A DNA stretch of 35,172 nucleotides, from positions 1 to 35,172 of the forward strand of contig JAYTBU010000028.1 of NCBI GenBank assembly GCA_043736875.1, read 5' to 3'. Positions 12,801 to 17,164 of the stretch are shown here, piece by piece. The translations under genes were made by a program, and so were the position numbers. Numbering within the stretch: position 1 is the stretch's first letter; every line of letters starts with the position of its first letter. This DNA is from a bacterium. GTDB lineage: Bacteria > Patescibacteriota > Minisyncoccia > Phycocordibacterales > UBA5272. The notes beneath the pieces are model-generated. The model saw only the letters and a program-made list of their open reading frames with translations, was not told the DNA's origin and searched no databases.

Positions 12801-15425
12801 AGCCCAGCAGAATATGCGCAGGCATTAGCAATGCTGGCAGCAGCAGGTATGACAGTTGGTACAAATCTTGTATATCAAAATCCAGCTTTGACTGACGCTA
12901 CAGGAGCATACAACTTTGGAGGGCTATTGCCAGGAACTTACTTTGTTATAGAGAGACAGCCAGTGCAATATACAAGTACAGGATCAAATGGCGGATATCT
13001 CGGAGTAAATGCTAGCGGTACACCAGACCTTAAACCTACTCTTGATGGTGTTGGCACTTTTGAAGGAGGTGTAAATCCAAATCATATCACAAGTATAATG
13101 TTAGGTGAAAATGAAAATAGTCAAAATAATAATTTTGGAGAAATAGGAGGTAGCATAGGTAATCAGATTTTTATAGACACAAATGAAGATGGTATATATA
13201 ACACTGGCGATACAGCATTAGCAGGTATAATAGTAGAGCTTATAAATGATACAAATGGAAATGGTATAGCAGACGCCGGAGAGCAAGTGAGCATAGTCAT
13301 GACAAATGCGTCAGGTACTTATATGTTTAACAATTTACCGCTTGGCAATTATGTTGTAAGAGTGAACCCTATAGATGCTAGTAGCACTATACCAAGTATG
13401 GGCCTTGTACCATCAATGGGAATGTCAACGACATTGGATAATCACGGAAAAGATCCTTCTGGTTATGCCGTAAATATATCAGCCACAAATACACAAGTAT
13501 TAACAGTAGACTTTGGCTGGAAGCCTACACACCCAAATATGGGTATAGTAAAGACGGGTCCAAGTATTGTATCTTTTGGAGGTAATATAACATACAGTTT
13601 AGATGTTACTTTGCTGGCTACCTCATCTGGTATAATATTTGCCGGAGAGAAAATATTTGTCATGGATGTTTTGGCTACGGGTACTAGTTTTGTATCAGCT
13701 ATTGGTACTGGTTGGATTTGCTCACATATAAGTGGTGTTGTAAATTGTGAATACTTAGTAAGTGCTACGACCACTCCGACAAGCACTTTCCCAAACATAA
13801 CACTAATAGCGAATCTGACAGACTCACTAGTAACTAGTATTAAAAATTATGCATATACAAATCATCCTCGCGAGGCAACTAGCACAGGTGGCAGTATAGG
13901 AGGAGTATTATCTACAAGCACTTTGCCTACAGCAGAAAATTTATCAAGTACTACAGCCTCAGTCTCTGCTATCATACCAGATCTAGAAATAATAAAGACG
14001 GGACCTGCTACATACTTGGCGGGAGGAGTTGTAAACTATAATCTTAGCGTAAAAAATGTTGGAAACACTTTTGCTAATCAGACAATAATAGTGACAGATA
14101 CATTGCCAAATTATTTGACAGTCTCATCTGTCGGAGGGGTAAATTGGAATTGTGCATCGTCGACACTTACAAGTATAAATTGTATATATGCAGGGGTATA
14201 CCCAGTAGCCACAACTACGATACTTATGCCAGTACAGATAATAGCAAGTGTAGCATCTAACGCTACGGGCAGTATTACAAATATTGGCAATGTATCTACT
14301 ACGTCAGAGCTTGCTAGCACTACAAGTAATAATACTTCTAGCACTACTATGACATCTACCACTACGCCACCAGTAACACCCACCACTACTCCGACTACGA
14401 CACCCACAACAGGCAGCATAGGTAATCAAATATTCCAAGACATAAATAATGATGGTGTCTATAATGTAGGAGATACACCACTTGCAGGTATAATTGTTAA
14501 TCTATACAATGTTAGCGGTACATTAGTCGCCGCAACAACAACAGGGCTAAATGGACAATATATATTTACCAATATACCATTTGGTATATATACGGCATCT
14601 GTACCATCACAAAGCACACTCGCATCATCTACTAACACACTAGGAACATTTGGCACAGATAACAATAGTCAAAATAGTACAGGGTATGTGATGGGTATAT
14701 CTACAAGTAGTCCAAATAACAATACAGGAGACTTTGGATTTAATTTTCTAACACCAGTACAATTAGGATCAATTGGTAATCAGGTCTGGAATGATACAAA
14801 TGGTGACGGACAATACACATCAAATGAAATGGGTATAGCAAATGTTATAGTTGAGATTAGAAATGCTAGCGGTACATTACTCGCGACCACTACCACAAAT
14901 GCAAATGGGCAGTATCTATTTTCTAATTTGCCCCTAAATAAAGCATATACAATAAAGATATTATCATCTAGCTTGCCAATAGAGCTAACAAATACAACAG
15001 GATTATCAGGTACAGATAACAATAGTCAGGTTGGTGATGTTTTAGTAAATCTAATTAGTGCAAATCCAAATGTGTCATGGGTAGACTTTGGATATACTTC
15101 ATCTACAACAAGCACTACGACACCACCAATATGTACAGGATGCGGATGTAATAATAGTTGCTCTGTACCACCCATATGCATGCTCGGATGTGCTTGTAAC
15201 AATAGCTGTACAGTACCTACAAGTACATCTACCACAACCAATCCAATTATACAAACAATAACAAAAATACCAAAAGTTATAAAAACTATTACCATAAATG
15301 ACCTCAAGAAATCCTTGTCCAAGACAGGAGATAATATAAGTATATATATTTATATTTCACTAGTTATAATATTTATTACCTTGTTTGTAAATAAAAGACA
15401 GAACAGAAAAGAAAATAAGTCTTAA
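3858..15425 (+). CDS. Giant (3,855 aa) sortase-anchored surface adhesin-like protein. Contains an N-terminal signal anchor, many DUF11-type repeat domains, a central GLUG-motif block, four SdrD/Cna-B-type domains, Thr/Pro linkers, a duplicated Cys-rich module and an LSKTG sorting signal.
   Basis: Uninterrupted 11.6-kb ORF. The N-terminal hydrophobic segment is ILSSISIISILLPMLYTI. There are more than 10 DUF11-like units, e.g. PLPGENLMYTLVIANRGSHFAPNVIIRDTLPVGICYV, AKPSDNIIYTIKVKNVGTVDACAVVVEDTLPANVTLV and VNAGDELTYTITIKNNGPNVAMGTYIIDQLPAYI. SdrD-B-like units begin GSIGNQIFIDTNEDG, GSIGNQIFQDINNDG, GSIGNQVWNDTNGDG and LSGFVYYDTNNNN. The C-terminus is LSKTGDNISIYIYISLVIIFITLFVNKRQNRKENKS. Confidence 0.92.
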   Translation: MQNLYIKITKNKQIQKILSSISIISILLPMLYTISDIKFAEASYLQNDSTGYFLLDFNDNAQGFAPVGPLRDGIVHDSAAGTIKRYAASSTGFFYTSDISPSSFSDWTKIKITGTYSNLNDIKVSAYTCDSSPVAVPGLQNVAINSAGEIDLSTSLSLSEQCLRFRVDFGSQGFVTPSITDFRVEWIPLPVFLIAKSAASTAPVGDEITYGINYSVSYVDDKGVVVWDTLPTIANGGVTNYTAAYGQNPEMTFVSASNGGIYTATGITVNGIAVPAGSVYWNLGNVTAGQTGTLTFTAKSQNGLQNGIKLNNFVNIDSLAGEIKTSDSDSNVPGNQGVVTTLTSAPAPKINKVSEGVIKLGSANYVYSGGAYTPVVTYVIRQPDSAASNAFSATGRETIFNPHYEDNVSDILAKLSGACRATDPATRINISGGGVLTGGNIIWPVAPHIGPGSNYEVRYTVDYTGCPSNMIADNKATLYASNTTPISDSEQVKIGIDLTPNGMFAKGDTVFNTQSITNDEDDNSTKVQSSGDVFDYNLFARNPSTVNLGQVVMIDKISTQLEFVSIIAPAGASTTLLYNTTGVASPVSTPVDYSAATGVFGPSWTTVPPANPADTVWVAAVVVCLDSAIFPSPAGQSCHLAPNFVNVPIKVKVKPSPDACTQVDVTNVGNFYTYKASNDIANTDANMSTISTPISASDSELTHLGPTLGAFGGNNFLVNASTATVNPGNDITYNISATNDGSDTSLNSIIKISIPKVMVNGALTPLTYVNALGGAVNTVNLPSYIEVNVGNVIAGQNKQVSVTFGVPSGVMNAATFSVDASITGSDDNNCDIIFQSGSKTTTVLSEPKILVFKEVDESIISSKGLIHYKMTYQNIGTSPSAETYIIDRVPDYTNFVNAYTSGTDGNANTFTCVGCSVSFSQNIPFLPPGVSPFSAFNVPMINSNFTPGTETSPGSGVWNSPFADGTRWIAYKLDNPALTPPLNTTGSSASVGLTVINDDNGEAVGTAGSPSGTIIRNQAGIFSSQLLQAIGNQVTTTILPDPGLRLNKTSDKDMLSAGEQFNWNISYYNDSGNDDTSVTITDTLPVGVTLNGVYHKWNSRTITNGATPNTEINVNPNPNVTVVNNADGTKTVTINIVGLRGNIIQNLEGGNIRLDVSVLPTITSGTNLVNTSTGCFGNEFGKGCVSDEDPVSVSNPDLYINKSVDRMDPLPGENLMYTLVIANRGSHFAPNVIIRDTLPVGICYVPGTTAIVSPTGWSLPEPTVTGVCGSAQTLIWNSVLVGPSTSTLGYMPGNSGDIYVRYTTNLQTNVPAGASLINGASISTPLIEEPVYPNNDSQPVQTPYPDPYILKEATEVVDPGQTIAYTLRYGNAARIAAKGVYFIDTLPDYDNDGTVDVKFTSAAGGNGETFYYHAGPDSPVPVFDFANPVSNGWSTSSSSVMPVGHIAVSIGNLAANAGPFTVSINAQAIDPDTNTNIAPGTRVNNIASIFSATTDATSTNNTSNATTSIPSLDLAIEKIGNPEGAFPGAKPSDNIIYTIKVKNVGTVDACAVVVEDTLPANVTLVSPIHNFNNISLVSSLTGNAVIAHNGLGVNISTPISVSYTLSGGIMKWKLGSVGTTPYSNVCMPPKSEQSFNVYAKINANVADSQSVINTVKVFEESPANEDNMNNNNATTTVTVYRADLTINKNGVSYGPDGILGTTDDNETYVNPGEKIHYTIGYNNIGNIDAVPATITENVPTGTCYVNGSVAIPAGSVLQLSNNSGAAWNYVSASAAGDVDCGVTNFKLVFANIPAPANFDAEDTNSNFTGSPRILINTTAISNSVSLTSTGIGNNFTHEYTPYVGLPLNINNGGVDCFNPAVNPIQICTPADLAAVIDYNTSDFILQNDIDLAGYTWTSLFDDTVTTRSYNGDFNGNNKTISNMTTASGIEHGGLFGKTGPLAHIHDIRLKNANIRPALTSHAGLIGLVDGSKISNVWLDNIVINGNETAGALIGFAANSSGVCNIKSIFATSTINVPSFAGGIAGSIEGMGCNMINVQSHGTLNVNSSGQNIGGLAGHAVNTQINASYSDMDLNISSGSSNIGGLVGQSLDQTQIGNSYFVGDIDISAGNINTVGGLLGLATGNGGNVGDSYAIVNFVDATLTKVYARIGGLIGNVTNVNSPFTMNNSFSKGNISLGNNATEIGGLIGLSSGATATYSNNISYVEVRGGTNVGGAFGKIVASNQVLKSNFSYGNVRGGTNVGGFVGVAAGQVNIAESGAYGNVMGGSVVGGFVGLAADGAQIIQSYSRGDVSGVNSLGGFVGSVSDLAYLRSVYSWGDILSSGTLYIGGLVGYHNSAQNVDLSYSAGSVTAPNAEYVGGLIGYLGGASLRYSFVINEGGVTGSSCVGWVAGGSFGYIDRVTYNQTTGNATTSVACNRGAVGSITAVVNNSDYFKIEASQAGASGAGNITTLGNTSFPVFTWEPRAGYRPSGTYTTMIDSDAGFLSWKKLAINATVPLNTRIELGIYDPTCSTLLAGPISVPDGGMMFDALPTMNAYTSLCTIYKLTGDGNTPSVSTPSLDAWKFSYNSTQTPSFSWDAQVQNSRLLPAQINNTVNIQTNTPETNYDNNTATDTLYLIQADPEIKKIVDKAAMDLTEVNAGDELTYTITIKNNGPNVAMGTYIIDQLPAYINLPLVSVVAQVSTGTLACTVNAVTRIIYCDNDGLVTSSSTLNMSITDTATITVKVKVNTTVNAGDQLDNVAKVFSSTFDTNTDNNEDTASTVIGGFANLYIEKTGPIRANVGKNYTWSINFGNNGNIAATNTRIIDKLPNEDINNNGILDPGEDIIVNGAIDKYFTFVNGSGTAPTNTQCSVLSDTATVTYVICNVAGSSVDTSWNIGAGATGTINLTALVINNYNLLNGGTSTNRVSIITDTPETNIADNNDDHTAPFWPLGYSSLSGFVYYDTNNNNIKNATETSIANVPVFLVGKDSSSRIILPSPTSSPAEYAQALAMLAAAGMTVGTNLVYQNPALTDATGAYNFGGLLPGTYFVIERQPVQYTSTGSNGGYLGVNASGTPDLKPTLDGVGTFEGGVNPNHITSIMLGENENSQNNNFGEIGGSIGNQIFIDTNEDGIYNTGDTALAGIIVELINDTNGNGIADAGEQVSIVMTNASGTYMFNNLPLGNYVVRVNPIDASSTIPSMGLVPSMGMSTTLDNHGKDPSGYAVNISATNTQVLTVDFGWKPTHPNMGIVKTGPSIVSFGGNITYSLDVTLLATSSGIIFAGEKIFVMDVLATGTSFVSAIGTGWICSHISGVVNCEYLVSATTTPTSTFPNITLIANLTDSLVTSIKNYAYTNHPREATSTGGSIGGVLSTSTLPTAENLSSTTASVSAIIPDLEIIKTGPATYLAGGVVNYNLSVKNVGNTFANQTIIVTDTLPNYLTVSSVGGVNWNCASSTLTSINCIYAGVYPVATTTILMPVQIIASVASNATGSITNIGNVSTTSELASTTSNNTSSTTMTSTTTPPVTPTTTPTTTPTTGSIGNQIFQDINNDGVYNVGDTPLAGIIVNLYNVSGTLVAATTTGLNGQYIFTNIPFGIYTASVPSQSTLASSTNTLGTFGTDNNSQNSTGYVMGISTSSPNNNTGDFGFNFLTPVQLGSIGNQVWNDTNGDGQYTSNEMGIANVIVEIRNASGTLLATTTTNANGQYLFSNLPLNKAYTIKILSSSLPIELTNTTGLSGTDNNSQVGDVLVNLISANPNVSWVDFGYTSSTTSTTTPPICTGCGCNNSCSVPPICMLGCACNNSCTVPTSTSTTTNPIIQTITKIPKVIKTITINDLKKSLSKTGDNISIYIYISLVIIFITLFVNKRQNRKENKS
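9450..11000 (+). repeat. GLUG-motif repeat block inside the giant protein, with about 15 G-[GL]-[LFAI]-x-G repeats
   Basis: An entry segment (ICTPADLAAVIDYN..FILQNDIDLAGYTW...YNGDFNGNNKTISNM) precedes the repeats. The repeats include HGGLFGK, NIGGLAGH, NIGGLVGQ, TVGGLLGL, RIGGLIGN, EIGGLIGL, NVGGAFGK, NVGGFVGV, VVGGFVGL, SLGGFVGS, YIGGLVGY and YVGGLIGY, spaced about 20 aa apart. This matches the pattern of the GLUG motif family. Confidence 0.75.
15132..15209 (+). other. Tandem Cys-rich stalk module (CTGCGCNNSCSVPPICMLGCACNNSCTVP, 8 Cys)
   Basis: Read directly from the translation. It holds two copies of a C-x2/3-C-x-C-N-N-S-C-[ST]-V-P unit, located between the last SdrD-B-like domain and the sorting signal. 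Confidence 0.7.
15315..15422 (+). other. Sortase-type cell-wall sorting signal (LSKTG, hydrophobic segment, basic tail)
   Basis: LSKTGDNISIYIYISLVIIFITLFVNKRQNRKENKS, read from the translation. Confidence 0.7.
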
Positions 15426-15428
15426 TAG

Positions 15429-15469
15429 AAATACGAAAAGGCCGCGCTTCGCGCGGCCTTTTCGTATTT
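15429..15469 (+). terminator. Strong rho-independent terminator with a perfect 19-bp stem
   Basis: aaatacgaaaaggccgcgc-ttc-gcgcggccttttcgtattt. It has a GC-rich core, an A-tract on the 5' side and a T-tract on the 3' side (bidirectional design), and starts 4 nt after the giant gene's stop. Confidence 0.9.
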
Positions 15470-15496
15470 AATTTACTTTCTGTATTCTATTTATTA

Positions 15497-15505
15497 TGCT
15501 ATAAT
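15497..15505 (+). promoter_or_regulatory. Extended -10 promoter (TGCTATAAT) for tRNA-Val
   Basis: The -10 ends 10 nt before the mature tRNA 5' end at 15516, which implies a leader of only a few nucleotides. Confidence 0.6.
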
Positions 15506-15515
15506 ATACAGCATA

Positions 15516-15588
15516 GGGCGGTTAGCTCAGTTGGTAGAGCGCTACATTGACGTTGTAGATGTCAGGGGTTCGAATCCCTTATCGCCCA
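15516..15588 (+). tRNA. tRNA-Val: tRNA-Val (anticodon GAC)
   Basis: Manual cloverleaf fold. Acceptor GGGCGGT/ATCGCCC with one G-U pair; D arm GCTC-AGTTGGTA-GAGC; anticodon stem CTACA/TGTAG with loop TTGACGT (GAC); 5-nt variable loop; T arm AGGGG-TTCGAAT-CCCTT; discriminator A. The 3' CCA is not encoded (next bases are CA A). Confidence 0.9.
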
Positions 15589-15628
15589 CAAATAAAATCC
15601 CAAAAGGAATTTATCTTAGTGATTTAAA

Positions 15629-16027
15629 ATGCAAGATATATATACAGAAAATATTTTGGAGAAAGCGAGAGATAAAAGTTTTGACATAGACAATCAGGAC
15701 ATATTTTATTTTGATCTAGATCAAAATTATAAAAGGGGTATAGGTACCAATCCTAGTTGTGGTGATACAGGCGACGTATATTTTTTATTAGAAAATAATA
15801 TTATAAAAAATATAAAGTTAAACAAAGAGGGTTGTGCCATATCGCAGGCAGGACTAGTTATGTTATCAGAAAAAATAATAGGCAAGAGTATAGTAGAGTT
15901 AAAAAATATAATGCCGAGTGACATATATGATATGCTTCAAATACAAATAAGTCCCTCGCGTGCTGGTTGCGCCCTTTTGTGTTATAATGCTTTAGAGGAT
16001 TTTTTAAAGAAATATGCTACAAATTAA
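15629..16027 (+). CDS. sufU: SufU/IscU-family Fe-S cluster scaffold protein
   Basis: Three conserved Cys lie in family-typical contexts: NPSCGD, EGCAISQAG and SRAGCALLCYNALE. These resemble SufU NPTCGD / GCSISMAS / RIKCATL. The length is 132 aa. Confidence 0.8.
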   Translation: MQDIYTENILEKARDKSFDIDNQDIFYFDLDQNYKRGIGTNPSCGDTGDVYFLLENNIIKNIKLNKEGCAISQAGLVMLSEKIIGKSIVELKNIMPSDIYDMLQIQISPSRAGCALLCYNALEDFLKKYATN

Positions 16028-16712
16028 AGACCTAAAAATAAACACAAAAGATGGGAAAGAGATTATAGAAAAAGCTAATCTAGTTTTAAGTGCTGGACAA
16101 ATAGTAAAGCTGACAGGTGAAAATGGTAGTGGTAAAACTAGTTTTTTAAATGCTATTTTTAAGCATTTTGATTATGACATAGTCTCTGGAGATGTTTTGC
16201 TTAGTGGTGGCGGCGACGAAGTCGCCGCCAAAAGCATTTTAAGTTCGCAGACTTTTGAAATGGTTAGAAGTGGTATGTATTTAGGGCAGCAATTTGTGCC
16301 AGAAATACAAGGAGTGAGTAATATCAAATTTTTATACAAAGCTTTTCAGAATATTTACCCAGAAGATAAAAAAAATATTATAGATTTTAAAAATGAACTT
16401 GAAAAATACTGCGATGATTTTGAAATAGATAAAACTTTATTAAGTAGAGATATTAACTTTGGATTTTCAGGAGGTCAGAAAAAGATTTTTGAAATGCTAC
16501 ATATACTTGCATTAAAACCAAAATACATATTTTTAGACGAGATAGATAGTGGCGTCGATGAGTTTTCTAAAATCAAAATCTATAACATTATAAATCATAT
16601 ACAGAGAACTGGAGCAGCATTTTTGATAACTTCACATGATACAAATATAAAAGACTATATAGATTTTGATGCAGAATATATTATAGAAAATAAAATCTTA
16701 AAAGCATGTTAA
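16014..16712 (+). CDS. sufC: SufC-like ABC ATPase for Fe-S cluster assembly
   Basis: Walker A GENGSGKTS; signature plus Walker B NFGFSGGQKKIFEMLHILALKPKYIFLDEIDSGVD, as in the SufC GFSGGEKKR...LDExDSGLD pattern; H-loop ITSHD. It overlaps sufU by 14 nt. Confidence 0.8.
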   Translation: MLQIKDLKINTKDGKEIIEKANLVLSAGQIVKLTGENGSGKTSFLNAIFKHFDYDIVSGDVLLSGGGDEVAAKSILSSQTFEMVRSGMYLGQQFVPEIQGVSNIKFLYKAFQNIYPEDKKNIIDFKNELEKYCDDFEIDKTLLSRDINFGFSGGQKKIFEMLHILALKPKYIFLDEIDSGVDEFSKIKIYNIINHIQRTGAAFLITSHDTNIKDYIDFDAEYIIENKILKAC

Positions 16713-17029
16713 CAGAAGACAAAATATTAGAAAGCCTAAAAAGTATTATAGATCCAGAGTTAAACATAGACATAGTTAGGCTCGGGCTAATACGCGATAT
16801 TAAAATAGGGGAATACTTTGCTGAGATAAAAAGTTATGAATATATAAAAATAATAATCACACTAACAACACCGATGTGCCCATTTGCAGATATTATAATT
16901 AGTGACATAAAAGATAATATAACAGAGCTTTGTTTTGTTGCTGGTGTAAAAAGTGAAATAGAGGTAGATGTGACTTTTGATCCGCCATGGACATGCCCAG
17001 AGGATATTAGGCTAGAAATGGGGGTTTAG
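16706..17029 (+). CDS. DUF59 / SufT-like Fe-S assembly protein
   Basis: IIDPELNIDIVRLGLI ... TLTTPMCP ... DPPW are the hallmark motifs of the DUF59 (MIP18/SufT) family. ATGTTAA overlap with the sufC stop. Confidence 0.75.
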   Translation: MLTEDKILESLKSIIDPELNIDIVRLGLIRDIKIGEYFAEIKSYEYIKIIITLTTPMCPFADIIISDIKDNITELCFVAGVKSEIEVDVTFDPPWTCPEDIRLEMGV

Positions 17030-17108
17030 ATATCTTGAGTCAGAGAAGAGTTTTTACCCTTAAACACAAAAACATCACAATGTCCATATTATAAATATTT
17101 TTTGAAAG

Positions 17109-17117
17109 TGTTATAAT
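17109..17117 (+). promoter_or_regulatory. Extended -10 promoter (TGTTATAAT), 47 nt upstream of the ATG at 17165
   Basis: Exact 9-mer in an intergenic region. The leader would be about 40 nt, A-rich, with no Shine-Dalgarno sequence. Confidence 0.55.
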
Positions 17118-17164
17118 ATATCTTATATAAATAATACAAAAATAAAAATAAGAAATACAAATAT

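Noticed and set aside
1231-15322. Many minus-strand ORFs (62-137 aa) listed in the track inside the two large surface-protein genes, e.g. 1231..1638, 2746..3159, 10522..10914 and 14111..14419.
   Set aside because: All lie entirely within long + strand ORFs that have recognisable repeat-domain content. Their translations are low-complexity mirror images; for example, VVGVVVGVVVG is simply the antisense of the TTPTTTPTTT linker. None has a promoter, Shine-Dalgarno site or motif.
15602-15607. AAAGGA as a Shine-Dalgarno site for sufU.
   Set aside because: It lies about 21 nt upstream of the ATG at 15629, which is too far to function as a conventional SD.
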